DNA of 64,000 nt, from positions 121,768,001-121,832,000 of the forward strand of contig NC_090327.1 in assembly GCF_035084215.1 (NCBI RefSeq), in the 5' to 3' direction. This DNA is from Heptranchias perlo (taxonomy: Eukaryota). A program made the translations under genes and the position numbers. The notes under the pieces were generated by a model. That model saw only the letters and a list, made by a program, of their open reading frames with translations. It was not told where the DNA came from and did no database searches. This document shows, one piece after another, positions 34,500 to 48,974 of this stretch (within the stretch, counting starts at the first letter, position 1; each line of letters starts with the position of its first letter).

Positions 34500-37059
34500 T
34501 ATTTTATATCCTACTGATAAGACAGACAGCTTCAGTTTAACATCTCATACCAAAAAAACCGAATCTCCGATTGTGCAGCACTCCTTCAGTATTGCACTGG
34601 AGTGTCAGCCTGACTTAGAGCTGATAGGCACTGAACTAAGCTTAACAGACTCATTGAGTTAATTTTTAGAGCATTCAGTTTGATTGAGAATTTAACTGTA
34701 GTTATTTTAATCTTTAAACGGTTCAGGGTTACATCGGTTCAGGCAGGTTTCTTTTTCACACTAATTACGTCTGGTTGTTTGATTCGTTGTTTTTGTGTAT
34801 TCGGTTTAAGGTTGGGATCGCGCGGTGTCCGGTTCGGTACCGGGGTCATACTGGTTTTCATTGATTGTCAAAATAGATTAATATTCTAAACTCGGACGCA
34901 TTTCTCATTTGCTGTGAGCCTATTATTTTAGTTGTGGTCTCTTTGTAAAAGGGGCACTTTGTCAGAAATTAACGACTATTTTGTGGCAAATGTCGTTCAA
35001 ACAAACTCGAGCGAGAAAAGTACACCGGAGTGAGGTAGGACCCGGAGTGATTCCTTCTAACTGATGTAATTCGGATCGTTTCTGGTTCATGTTCCACGGA
35101 GAAATCCTTTCACTGATATTCCGCACCTTAAATATCGGCTGTTGCCAACTTCGCTCTTTTTCATTTTACGAATCAATGCACAGTCTTCCCTTCGATTTAC
35201 TGGGCATTTTCCGGATAAATATAAGTGATTTATTCGGGCTTTCATTTTTCATTTTTTAAAGTTGTTTAGTTTTGGAGGCATGTATTAATAATTCAGGATA
35301 TAAACAGGGCGATACGGTTTAGTTTCCTCTTATTCTTGTTTCACGAAATATTCAAATAAATCAGCCCGTTTCAGATATAGAACGGGGAATGTTTGTATTG
35401 GTTTTCACGGTTTAAAGGATGAATTTGAGTTAAACAACGAGGCACTTTTCTATAATACGGAACAAAAGATCTGGAAATGATACTCTGTTAACTTGTACTT
35501 AGATTCTAATTTTAAAAGTCACTCATTTAAGCCATGCACAACGCTTAAAACCTTTACCATGCCCTTTGTGCACATTAACAACTGGATTAAAATAAATGTT
35601 TCTATTTATTAATAGCTTGATCTGTTTGCGTTTCATTCCATTTGTGCCGTTATTTTTATGAACTAATATTCTACATGAAAAGTTTGGAGATTAGGTTAAC
35701 TTCGTTTTTTAACACGAGTAGTTGGTTCCGTCTCAATTTATAACAAATCTCCATCAATATTTAAATAAAGTTCGTGATCAAATTGGCCGAGTGTAACCCC
35801 CCGATATTAACCCAGACCCTGGCTCGCTTGTTGGAGTGAGACTGCAGCGTGTAAAGGGGCTAATTTTTAACTCGCCACGCGGGAGCCCACGGGATCTGAC
35901 TGATTTCAATGGAGAGTAAAATCGGACCGGTGTAAAACCAGCGTTGTACCAGATCTCGTTAGTTTGCTAATGGGTGGTTTAGGTTAAAATTGCTAAATGT
36001 CTGTAATCCCGGTGCCTGACTATTAAAGGGGACCTTTGTGCAAACTCGGTGAAAATGTCCCAAATCTCACAGACTTTTTAAAACTCTCAATCACGCGCTA
36101 GTCCGTATTCGGCGTCTTGTTGTTTTTGTATTTTTTAAATAGTTTTCAAAATTCACAAATTTCAGGCCAGTAAAGGCTCAGAAAGCACGGTTCGAGCCCG
36201 GGCTCTCTCCTCGGTCAGTCCCTGGGGTTTAGTAACTGGCTGAAGGGCTGATTTATTCAAACCTCACAAAGAATCTGAAGTTCCTTCTCCACAAAACTCG
36301 GGAACAAACGGGTTTTTTTCCAGGTCACATTAATAACATCTATTTGTGAGGAACACAAATTCCCAACATCTGGAACCTCCGCAGCGGATTTAAACTGGGA
36401 AATTCCCCGAATCCGGCAGAAGAACCGGGAAGTTTCCAACTGCTCCCAAAATAAGTGAACCTTAACCTTGTTTTGGTACGAAGTTGAAATATTTTTGATT
36501 CATTTTCTAACGAATTCATTATTATTAAAAATGCAAGTTGCCTAAAATCTAAAATAAAAACTGAGAATGCTGGAAATAGTCTGTAAAGTGAGCGACCGGT
36601 TTAGCACGCGTTTCCACCATTCTCTCCTCCTATTATGGTCTGTTTACTCTCTTTAACCTTTTGCTCTCTTGAAATACAGGCACTTGTTGCATTAATCTGA
36701 ATTTAAACAGAAAATGATCGGATTTACAACCGGGGCAAACGAACGAAGTGGAAAGCTCAAAATGTAATAATTTCTTTAATATGTGAAACCAGTCGTCACA
36801 AGAAAAACTCCCCAAAAATAACAAACATTATATAGATGAGTTTTACAGAATTATTAATACGAATTAAATAACTTCTTTAATAAACGTTACTGAATATTCA
36901 GTTACCCCGCGGTTAAAAACAACCGTTGAGGTTTTCATTGCTAAAGTCGTCATGGAAAATGTGGTTAGTTATTTATTTATTGCTCGTTCCAGCTGCAGAA
37001 CTGATGTTACACCCACACTAGGGCAGACACACAGGGCTACTGTTAAGAGTGTTAAAGTG

Positions 37060-37635
37060 AGGGGTTTGGGGTATATCCCCTTTATAAATAGAGGCCCAGT
37101 GTACAAAAGCAAGGTAGTTATGCTAAACCTTTATAAAACACTGGTTAGGCCTCAGCTGGAGTATTGTGTCCAATTCTGGGTATCACACCTTAGGAAGGAT
37201 GTCAAGGCCTTGGAGAGGGTGCAGAGGAGATTTACGAGAATGGTACCAGGGATGAGGGACTTCAGTTATGTGGAGAGACTGGAGAAGCTGGGATTGTTCT
37301 CCTTAGAGCAGAGAAAGTTAAGGGGAGATTTAATAGAGGTGTTCAAAATTATGAAGGGTTTTGATAGAGTCATTAGGGAGATATTGTTTCTACTGGCAGG
37401 AGGGTCAGTAACCAGAGGACCAGTAAGATAACCAGTCAGTAACCAGAGGACCAGTAACCAGTAAGCTAATTGGCAAAAGGACCAGAGGGGAGATGAGGAG
37501 AATCTTTTTTACGTAATGAGTTATTATGATCTGGAATGCACTACCTGAAAGGGTGGTGGAAGCAGATTCAATAGTAACTTTCAAAACAGAATTGAGTAAA
37601 TACTTGAAAAGGAAAAAAATTGCAGAGCTATGGGA
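37060..37635 (+). mobile_element. CR1 3' fragment
   Basis: LYKTLVRPQLEYCVQFW... Confidence 0.85.
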
Positions 37636-37699
37636 ACATATGTGTTTATGTTCAGGGTAGTTGTAAGCAATACAGAGAGAACGTTTAAATTATTTTATT

Positions 37700-37830
37700 A
37701 AATATTCTACAGAACAACAAGCAGTTATTTTATGCTTTAACTCATTTCAGAGAACTGCTCGCTACTTCCTGTGCTCAAACAGATATCAGATTAACAAAAC
37801 TTCCTGCAGTTGACAAAACAGGAAATTATA
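37700..37830. promoter_or_regulatory. Candidate TRG 3' enhancer
   Basis: TTCAGAGAA (STAT5, 37746-37754), three ETS cores (ACTTCCTG twice, CAGGAAAT), Myb-like CAGTTA and CAGTTG, AGATA. Confidence 0.4.
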
Positions 37831-38129
37831 TTTACTAGTAATTTAATCAGAATCTTAAATTTTAGGCTTTTAACCTAGTAACCAGAGTAAGTCAATGAGT
37901 AAACTCATGAAGCCCTGCTCACCTTTGTTCTGTTCAGTTACCTCCAGAGTTGTCATCTTTCTCACCTTAGTACCAAATATCGTATGTTCAGTCCTCCTTT
38001 GTTACATCCTTCCTTTCACTCTCAGTAAGCGCACTCTAAAAACTAAAATGCAGGTAGAAATGGTGAAAAATTAAAAGGCAAATTATTAACACAACAATAT
38101 TGGGAAATAGAATCTTACCTCGGCTTTTT

Positions 38130-39390
38130 TCTGAAGCCTTGCATAAACTTGGCTTGTACTCCCTTGAGTACAGGAGATTGATGGGTGATCTGATTGATGT
38201 GCTTAAAACGTTAAAAGGATTTGATATAAATAGAGAGAAACTTCTTCCTCTGGTGGGGGAATCAAGAACACGGGGACATAATCTTAAAATTAGAGCTAGG
38301 CCGTTCAGGTGGGAAATCAGGAAGCACTTGTTCACACAAAGGGTAGTAGAAATCTGGAACTTTCTCCCCCTAAAGGCTGTGGATGTTGGGGGACAATTAG
38401 AGCTTTCAAGATGGAGATCGATAGATTTTTGTTAGATAAGGCTATTGAAGGATATGGAACAAAGGTGGGAGTGTGGAGTGGAGGTGCAGATCAGCCATGA
38501 ACTAATTGAATGGCGGAGCAGGCTCAAGGGGCTGAATGGCCTATTGCTGTCCCTAATGTTCCAATGTTCTTTCACTCCTTGCAGCTAATGGGATGTGTAG
38601 GCTGAGCAGTCCTGGGAAACAGTCATAAAACTAAAAACGTGTCTTAATAAACTCAACGCTCAACATGTCCAACCAACACAGAACACCAATCAACAAAACC
38701 AATAGGATACTGAACCACAATAGCCCAAATAGTAGAACACAAGTCAGAAGAAGTAAAGGTCAAACTGTACAGGGCTCTGGTCTGACCGGACCTTGAGTAC
38801 TGTGCACAATTCTGGTCATTGAGACACAAGAGACATTAAAGCATTGGAGGCAGTGCAGAGAAGAGCCACAAAGTTGTTTCCTAGTGTAAAAGGTATGAGG
38901 TATGAAAAAAGATTGGAGTAACTTACCATGGAAAGGAAGCCCTGAGACCTGATCCTTTTCAGGTATATAAGATAGTTAAAGAAAGAAAGAATTTGTGTTT
39001 ATATAGCACCTTTCACGACCTCAGGAGTGTTTTACAGCCAATGAAATATAGAAACATAGAAAATAGGAGCAGGAGTTGGCCATTCAGTTCTTCGAGCCTG
39101 CTCCGCCTTTCAATATGATCATGGCTGATCGTTTATCTCAATACCATATTCCCACTCTCTCCTCATACCCGTTGATGCCTTTTGTGTCTAGAAATCTATC
39201 TAGCTCCTTCTTAAATATATTCAGTGATTTGGCCTCCACAGCCTTTTGTGGTAGAGAATTCTACAGGTTCACCACCCTCTGAGTGAAGAAATTTCTCCTC
39301 ATCTCAGTCCTAAATGTCCTACCCTGTATCCTGAGACTGTGACCCCTCGTTCTGGACCCCCGCAGCCAGGGGAAACATCCTCCCTGCACC
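38130..39390. mobile_element. Cluster of CR1 3' fragments on both strands
   Basis: ORFs 38100-38435 and 39261-39455 with CR1 C-terminal motifs. Confidence 0.8.
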
Positions 39391-39999
39391 CATGCTTTTG
39401 AAATGTAGTCACTGTTGTAATGTAAGAAATGCAGCAGCCAATTTGCAAACAGCAAGATTCAACAAACAGCAATGTGATGAATTACCAGATAATCTGTTTT
39501 TTTATGTGTTGGTTGAGGGATAAATATTATTGATATGTTTTGTGACCTCCCCCCCCCCCCCCCCCAATTGTTGAACTTTGTTGTGTCTTTACTTTGTTAG
39601 AAATTTTATTTCTAAGAGTATTTGGGGGTGGGTGAAGGACTGACATAATTGCTCAAAGGACATTCATTACCAATCTGGACCTGCTGTTAATAATTTCCAA
39701 TGTTCAGTGGTGTCAGTTCCTCCCATAATTGGTCTGAGCATTTTACTTTTATGGAAATTGACCGACACTGCCCAATATCCGCTTGTACAATAATGTAACC
39801 CTGGGGCAGGAACAATAGAAGCTTCCCTCCCCCCCAGGCAGGAACAATAGAACATCCCCTCCCCCATCGAACCTCCTCATGGGGCTGATATCAGCATCTT
39901 TTGCACGTGTATATCTTCAGTCTCCCTGCAGGTGGACTGAGTTACCACTCAGTGAGGCATGGCTTGGATTGTTAGGTTTACTTTATTCTATAGTTTTTT

Positions 40000-41260
40000 G
40001 AGAATGTAACTGGAGTTTTTTGAGGATGTAACTGGTAGAATAGATAAGGGAGAACCAGTGGATGTGGTTTTTTGGATTTTCAGAAAGCCTTTGATAAAGT
40101 CCCATATAAGAAGTTAGTGTGCAAAATTAAAGCACATGGGATTGGGGGTGATATACTGGCATGGATTGAAAATTGGTTAACAGACAGGAAACAGAGCGTA
40201 GGAATAAATGGGTCTTTTTCGGGGTGGCAGGCAGTGACGAGTGGGGTACCGCAGGGATCAGTACTTGGGCCCCAGCTATTCACAATATATATCAATGATT
40301 TGGATGAGGGAACCAAATGTAATATTTCCATGTTTGCTGACAATACAAAACTGGGTGAGATCATGAGTTGTGAGGAGGATGCAAAAAGGCCTCAAGGCGA
40401 TTTAGACAAGTTGAGTGAGTGGGCAAATAGATGGCAGATGCAGTATAATGTGGATAAATGTGAAGTTATCCATTTCAAAAGGAAAAACAGAAATGCAAAG
40501 TATTATTTAAATGGTAATAGATTGGGGAATGTTGATGTACAAAGGGACCTGGGTGTCCTTGTACACCAGTCACTGAATGCAAACATGCAGGTGCAGCAAG
40601 CAGTTAGGAAGGCAAATGGTATGTCAGCCTTCATTGCAAGAGGATGTGAGCATAGGAGCAAGGATGTCTTACTGCAGTTATACAGGGCCTTGGTGAGACC
40701 ACACCTGGAGTATTGTGTACAGTTTTTGTTCTCCTTACCTAAGAAAGGATATACTTGCCATAGAGGGAGTGCAGCGAAGGTTCATCAGACTGATTCCTGG
40801 GATGGCAGGACTGTCGTATGAGAGATTGGGTCGACTCGGCCTGTATTCACTCGAGTTTAGAAGAATGAGAGGGGATCTCATTAAAACATATAAAATTCTG
40901 ACATGGCTAGACAGACTGGATGCAGGGAGGAAGTTTCCCTGGCTGGGGGGGCGGTGGGGTCCAGAATGAGGTGTCACAGTCTCAGGATACGGGGTAGGAC
41001 ATTTAGGACTGAGATGAGGAGAAATTTCTTCACTCAGAGGGTGGTGAACCTGTGGAATTCTCTACCACAGAAGGCTGTGGAGGCCAAATCACTGAATATA
41101 TTTAAGAAGGAGCTAGATAGATTTCAAGATGCAAAAGGCATCAAGGGGTATGGGGAGAGAGCAGGAATATGGTATTGAGATAGAGGATCAGCCATGATCA
41201 TATTGAATGGCGGAGTAGGCTCAAAGGGCCAAATGGCCTACTCTTATTTTCTGTTTCTAT
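40000..41260 (+). mobile_element. CR1 LINE RT and 3' fragment
   Basis: ORFs 40072-40821, 40715-40969 and 40903-41178 (DFQKAFDKVP, GVPQGSVLGP). Confidence 0.9.
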
Positions 41261-44200
41261 AGTAAGGTGAAACATACAGAGCACCAGGTATGATCAGAGT
41301 CACTTAGTTTGTTACAACTTGTATTTATGTAATTATACAAAATAAAGACGCAACAGTACTCCCACTCAGGTGGGCAGGCTTACTGAACTGAAACAGAATC
41401 ACCTGTCTGCATTCTGTCCTACAACCCAGGACACAACCACTCTCCCTGCAGTCTCTGTCCTTGCAGCACTTCACTGCCTGCGCACTTCTGTTTCTAAAGG
41501 TCTATTTTTTCAGGTGCATAAGATTCTGTTTTATTCCCAACTATGCAGTTAGGAAGAAATCAAAACCCTCCCAATGCAATGGATGCAAGGTGTGTATTCT
41601 TTATGGACACAATTCACCAAATTGCTAATTATCTGGGGAAAAAATCCAATTGGCATATTAACCACCTTAGATTGTGACTTTAGATTCACAACACATAGGA
41701 TTGTCCTGAGAAATATTCCCCTTTAAAGGCAGCTTTAACTCAAAACACAATGTATAATAACTCATATTTAGATCTCATCAGTGGAAAAATGCCCAAAAAT
41801 AATCCTGAAAGTGTCAACTTGGAAACATAATTTTTAGGGATGCGATTTATTTTTTTATGAATGGGAATTTTTTTTGCAAAAATCGCGATGTGCTTTTATT
41901 TTATGACTTTTTTTTTTAGTGAATGCGACATGATTCAATGAGCATGATTTGTGCTCATGACTGACCCAATACTCAACATACAAAAGGCACATGTCAGAAT
42001 GTGGGATCTAACCCAAATTTATTCAGTGATTTACACAGAATTCAGATCACGTGAGGTTTACACTTTACATTCCGTGCGTCCATGCTTAAATAATTCTTCC
42101 AAAAATTCCAATAGTTTTCAGATTCTGGTTTCAGCTAATATATTGTAAATAACCTGCAATAATTTAAACGGATCATTCGAACAGATGAAGAGACACATTT
42201 GATTGCACTTATAATCTTCCACCTACTGCTCCAAAGCACAGATTTATCAGTGAAACACATTCAATTTATAAAGTTGTATTTTACCACTGGGCTGAAAAGG
42301 GTCATTGATTCTCCATGCAAGGCTCCGGGGGTAGCAATAATACCGCTGTAGCTGGTTGGTGTTTTACACCTAGCCTGTCTCATACAAAACCAATAGCGCT
42401 TTATGTGCCCAAATCCTGTCATTGGACGCTACAATGGAGGGGATTCAGGATGTTTCTGGATTGATTCACTAAAATGGTCCAAATAACCTTCCTCATCGTG
42501 ATGATCGCATGATTTTATAAAACTATCCTATCCAGAGGACACTTTACAGCTCCACCTGCAGAATGAAGCTACCTCCCAAAAAGATTAATTGTTATTGATA
42601 TAAAAGGAGATGATCATTTTGTGGAACCTGGTCAGTCTTTTCAGAATTCAGTGGAAGCAGTGAATGGCCTCTCTGGTGCTGAAACATTAACAGCACAAGT
42701 TGTAACAAGGTTACATGTTGTAACCTCCTCAACATGCAGTAACACGTGGCGTACAGGGGTTAATGCTAGTAAATACTGCTACAAAATTCTGTACATGAGT
42801 TAATTGGAGTGTATTTTAGGAAATATATCTCAACAACAATATGCACCTCAGTATTACTTTCCCATAGACTACAGAAAGGATATGACATTTCGTGAGATTG
42901 TATGCTTTTCTGAATTGTGCCAAGTTTTACAAAGAACGCTTCAGAATGGGGGTGATGATTTCTGAATGTTTGGTTACAGATTTCCCACTCCCAGTACCCG
43001 TCTGCTGCGTTTGAAAAAAGCAGCTGTAGATCACTACAATGAACGGGCACTGATCCCACGCCGTGCTAGACCGCGGATCTTGTGACCCGCAGAGGACATT
43101 TTCTGAGGAGCCCAATAAAATTTACCATGGAGGGGAAATAATCAGATCCGTAAAAATCAGAAAACCTGCTCATATTATTCTTGAATTGCTAACAATTTGC
43201 ACAAGTCTTATTTTGAAAGATGTATTCAAACATAACTGCACTTGAATGTAAATGCATTTATTGTATAGGAGCAAAGGGAGTTAACGCCGCAATTTAAAAC
43301 TCTGCTTTTGATAAAACCTGGACCTGTTAAAATGACAAAAACCGGAGAGAAACGGGTTTTAAATGCCTTTACTGTGATTAGAATATATTTTAATTCCTTA
43401 GGAAGTTTTGGGGAGTCTAATGAATAGTAATGTATTCCTTTGCTAAATTGTATCAGCTGTTTCTGGGCGGAACTGATAATCTTTTAATCAAATAGCATGC
43501 CATTTTTACAAACTACAGGAACTCAAGTCTTGAGCTGAAATACAAGTTATAATGCGACCACTTTACAAAACTTCCGTATTAGAGACAGAGCTATAAAATA
43601 ACTTGTAATACACAAAGGCAGTCAGTGATCAGACAATTATAGCCTAAGTTCCCATGTTAATAATTTATTAGAGGGGTCTGAACTCTCCAGTGGACATTAA
43701 TTAATACCTCACTACAGGTGAAAGGTGGGATTTGGTGCGGAACCGGGTTGGACCATTTAAACGTCCCTCAGCCCGATTCCAAAGATTGTCAGAATTACTT
43801 CTTCTCCAGCTCGAACGAACTGAGTTCTGTTAAAATAAAGAGCAACGCACCCAGTGATTGGAGAGCTGGTCAGCAAGATTGTCAGTCTACACATTGCAGG
43901 TCATAGAAACCCTAACAGGGGATTGATGGATTTAAAGAATTCTTTTTACAAAAAGAATTGGTCAATTATGCCACTCTCACTAATCACCGATGTTTCCTTA
44001 CATTTGTGCCGGAGTGTCACCATTGTGTACACCAGCAGACAGAACAAACTGGATCAGTCTTAAACTTACTGCCTGTTGAAAATGAAGCACACACATTTGT
44101 ACTAATGAGGCCGCCGTAATGTAAAGAGAGACTCCACGATGATGCGAACATCAATTCATGGAAAAGCGCAGGATGATCAGCTGGTTAGAGAGCAACAGAA

Positions 44201-46059
44201 TAGAATTTTTGATAGGCTTAAAACAAATGGGCTTACATCATTAAAGTGAGGATCAGCACTCGGGAAACCATTTTTGAGCAGTAAAATCAACATATTAAAC
44301 AGAAGACAAGAGAAAATATCACGTCACAAATCACAATGCAGCAAATATACATTTCTAAAAGAAAACACCTTTCCTTCATTTTCATTTATTGCAAATGAAT
44401 TAGTTAATGTATAAAGTAATAGTTTTATTTCACGAATAAAACAAGGCATGTCTTGAAAGTTACAGACATAATAGCACATGCAACAGCGTAAAGGCAGGAG
44501 CTGGAACCGGGTGAACTGATTCTGCACACCTTGGTTTGCATTTGTTGATTATTTTCATTTCAAGCAGTCATCTAGGATCTGATCTCCTGCGTTCAATATC
44601 AGCACACAATTCGATCACTTGGGCCCCTAATTTCCTTTATGTAAAGTTTGACCAGGAAGTTGATGTGAGCACAAAGCAGCAACACACAGTCTCCATGGTG
44701 AAATGTGTTTTTGAAAGGTAGCCCACATTAAGACCGGTGACAGGAAATTCCAGTAGAATTACTTGTGGACAGATAGAGACAAATACTGAGTTAACTCGAT
44801 TAAAACCTGCTGTTAACTATACAAAGGATGGGCAAGGTTTTAAATATCAGCTGTGAGCTGGGACTTGTACTTAAAAAATAACCTGAATACAAAACAGTTC
44901 AAAGCTGCAGACATAAAAAGGAAAGTGTATTAAAATAAGATGAGCGTCGAATGATTCAATAATTTTGTATATAAAGCCGGCTCTTCACAATTCAAAGTTG
45001 TTTTTTGTGCTAAAAAATTAGATTATCCAATAATTTGAATTAAGCAATATAAACACAGGAGAGTTGCGCTTAAAACAGAATTATCAGATAATTTTAATTA
45101 ACTGCATTTGTATAATTGCATGTTCCAGGGGCTTTTAACTTTAGCAGTGAAACCATGCACATCGTATAGATATTCCCAACACGTGACCCTACCACATCCA
45201 CATTCACTGCGGTAGAGAAGCAGCACTTCTCAATAAAACGCTTAATCTATTTGTAGGCATTTACGGAGCTGCTGTTATGTTAGATCTGCTTGTAGATAAT
45301 TAAACTGGAAATTTGCTACTGAAGACATTAAAGCAAATTAATAATAAGTGCAAATTATCAACCACTTCAATTAAGTTTAAGGTAATATTACAATATTTTC
45401 TCATAAATTTCAACAGTCCATTTATTTTACAGAAGCACTAATGCTTTTTAAGACACACACAATATCCCCCTCCCCGATGTTTGGTCATGTCCTGGGAGGA
45501 GCTACTTGAAATCAAAGAGTCCATGATTTTCTACTAAACATGGGTGTTACCAATTAACTAGTACTGGCACCGTCCTGTATCAATGGGAGGACAGTGTGCC
45601 ACCTTTATTACGTGGTCATCCTTTACAGTCAGGATCTTTCAGCAGAGCCCAGACCATGTTCTAACCTTCAGCAGGTTGCAGGGGGGGCTCCTGATTTGTA
45701 TCGGATGGAAAGATTCACCACAGCCTTGGAGGAGCACAGAATCTGATGATTCAGGAAAGTGACAGAGCACACCGCCTTCTGTCTGCAACCCACTCAAGAG
45801 ATGAGAGACTTGGTGAGAGAGGTGATCAGGATTCTAGCAAAAGACCTTGACAGCAGAGGACTATCTTGTAGGAGAGAGGGCAGGTGGCAGGGGGCAGAGG
45901 GCAGGCTGACATCCTACGGGGCAGCCTTGGTTCAAAATCAAATCAGCAGCTTTGTTTAAGTTAAGGCGCAAAAATCTGAAAATACAGGAATCAGTCATTC
46001 ACATGGAAGTCCCCGCGAGAGCCGGTGACATCCGGAGCGCAGCCCTGAGGAGCAACATT

Positions 46060-47336
46060 CCCTTTTTTTTTTGGAATGAAATAATGATTTTATTACACAG
46101 CACTATTTAATACCTGAACAAAAAGCCTCAAAGCAAATACAATTGCTCATTGTAATGCTTTTTTGCATTAATTTATAAATCTATTGCATGAATTATTAAA
46201 AAGTAACAAATGTAATTAAAACTTGAGGATTGGAATTTCTGTGTGGCTACTTCTCACATCATAATAAGGGCACACCCACAGCATCAGGGGAGGGGACTGT
46301 CAGCTCTCCCTGCTCGCAGTGTGAAGAGAGCATTACTATAGGTGCGCTGTCACCGCTCGGCCGTCTTGCCTACAGATGACACTCGGATTGCATGCCGATA
46401 TTGGCAGGAATCGCGCTCCCGCCACCTGCACTGGGAATGGGTATTTTCGGCAGCCTCGGGGCAATTATTATGTTTTTAAAAAAATGTCCCTTAATTCCTC
46501 ACAACACATTTTGTTTGATTTCACTGTCCAGAATGTAATGAACATTTCTGCCTATTCTGTAAGAAGTCTATTGTTGTCAACTAAATAAAAAAAAATATAA
46601 AAAATAACTTCCTTCCCTAAACTGAAAGCAACTGTAAGATGTGATCTGCATCGATCCTCAGGGGTCTAAACACACAGTAGGTGGGCTGCTAGTCTCACCC
46701 CCCACTGCCACCCGTGGAATTTTCCCTCTGCGTTTCGCAAACATTTACCTCTACAAATAAGGCATAAATCTAAAAAGACCTCAAATGTTCAGGAACAGTC
46801 CATAATTTATAATGTTTTGCTGCTGTTGGTCTATTCCGTTTAAAATAATGGAAGACCAAACAAAAATAATCGAGAATCTTAGTGCAACATAATGCTTAAA
46901 GTGAATACCACCAATCACATCCCGTCAAGTAACGTGATCACATCATTCTAATTTAAACTAGTCAGTAATCCTCAAATATTATCTCAGTAGAATTATTAAT
47001 CCCTGAAATGATTGGTTCGGAGCCTAAAATGAGCCATTTTGAGAAATGTTGTGCAGCAGCTGATTCTGTAATCGATACCGTGGTTAGTTCAGTGACGGCA
47101 GGACACGGAAGAGCTTTCAGGGATGGTGTAACGGCAGTAAAGCGACAAACTCTCGTCAGGCGGAGGGTTCTGGACCACAGAGTGAATCAGAGCTTTCCTA
47201 TTGCTCATCACGTCATGTTCTTTCCCAAAAAAGGAATCCTAGTGTCGGGGAGAATTCTGCAGCTCCACTATCCTAAACACCTTTTCCATTACCTCTTTCA
47301 AACTGAGCTGCATCCACATGGCCACTGCTGAACTAA
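46060..47336 (-). other. Putative terminal (3' UTR) exon of the - strand gene
   Basis: - strand branch point CTAAC, pyrimidine tract and CAG acceptor at 47337-47339; AATAAA on - strand near 46090; true 3' end uncertain. Confidence 0.4.
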
Positions 47337-47664
47337 CTGGTATGGGGGGAGGTGGAGAGAGAAAAAGACAAGTTAGTTACTTCATAAACTTACATAAACA
47401 TAAGCAGCTGAAAACACAAATGAACAATTAATGATCTAAGCAATGGGTGATAATTGTATCCAATTTTATTTCTTATACACAAATGCAAAGTATAACACAG
47501 TTTCAGTTGATGTGGGAGGGGCTGATAAGTCCTTTATTATATTGTCAAGGTGTGTAATAAGATTACAATTTATTTAGCACAGTTGGATAACTCAACGTAA
47601 TACATTTAAATCCTTGCTGTGCTGCCTTACACCCAGTCCATTGAAATCAATGAGTAACACTGGG

Positions 47665-48125
47665 TGGATCCACTTTGGGAGGAAAAATAAAAAAGCAAAA
47701 TATTATTTGAATGGAGAAATACTACAAAATGCTGCGGTACAGAGGGATCTGGGTGTCCTCGTACGTGAAACACAAAAAGTCAACATACAGGTGCAGCAGG
47801 TAATCTGGAAGGCAAACGAATATTGGCCTTTATTTCTAGGGGGATGGAGTATAAAAGCAGGGAAGTGATGCTACAACTGTACAGGGTGCTGGTGAGACCA
47901 CACCTGGAGTACTGCGTACAGTTCTGGTGCCCTTATTTAAGGAAGGACATACTTGCATTGGAGGCAGTTCAGAGAAGGTTCACTAGGTTGATTCCGGGTA
48001 GGGAAGGGTTGTCTTATGAGGAAAGATTGAACAGGTTGGGTCTATACTCATTGGAGTTTAGAAGAATGAGAGGAGATCTCATTGAATGGCGGAGCAGGCT
48101 CGAGGGGCAGAATGGCCTACTGCTG
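47665..48125 (+). mobile_element. CR1 fragment
   Basis: LYRVLVRPHLEYCVQFW. Confidence 0.85.
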
Positions 48126-48974
48126 CTCTCTCATGGTCAAACCTGTTGTTCTAACTTGCTCCAGAGGTGGCGCTGCACCCTGTAAAACAGCAAATGCTGG
48201 AAACACTCAGTCAGTCAGTGTGGGCTCTGGTGAAGAGCCAAATCTCATTAACCCGTCTTTTCCCTTCACAGTTGTCGACTGACTTCTTGTGTGTTTTCAG
48301 TATTTCCTGTTTCTATTTCTAAAGGCAGTATCACAACACTGCCTGTTATTACTCTTGGATGCACAGCGAAAAGTCACTCCTTTCCTCCCATCAACCATCA
48401 GCTTTGCCACGGAAGGTTCATTTAAATGTTCCACAATTCGGTAGAATTTAAATTTCTATTAGTTCATATGGACGGAGGTTAGTTTTATTTTTACAGCCAC
48501 AATGAACAGTTAGTGCTCACGGGTTTAAACCGTGCAAGTGGAAAACAGGACCCTATAACACCTCTGGGGAAAAGAAGTTTTAAAAACTAAGAATCCATTT
48601 GATACATTGCCTGAACCATTCAGATCAATGATTGATTAACTTGTATAACTAGTTGATTAATTTGAATAAATAGTGAGTACAGCTGGTACCTCCAGTTCAG
48701 AACCTATACTGACCAGTCTGTTCCCACCAGCTTCAGGTCAATGTTAGATTACTGCATTCAAGTGAGTCACCATGTAAAATTACTAAGGCACCTAGATCAC
48801 CAAGCAGCTACAATGTTTTCTTGTCTGCTGATTATGCATCACAAACTCTCACATTCTTTATCATTGACTGTTTACAGTGAAAACTAAACTGGCCAGCTGT
48901 TGGCTAACAAAAGCTTCAGAAAGAGAACAAAACTGCAAACACTTCAGTGATGAAGTGACGAGCTTATTTATTTT

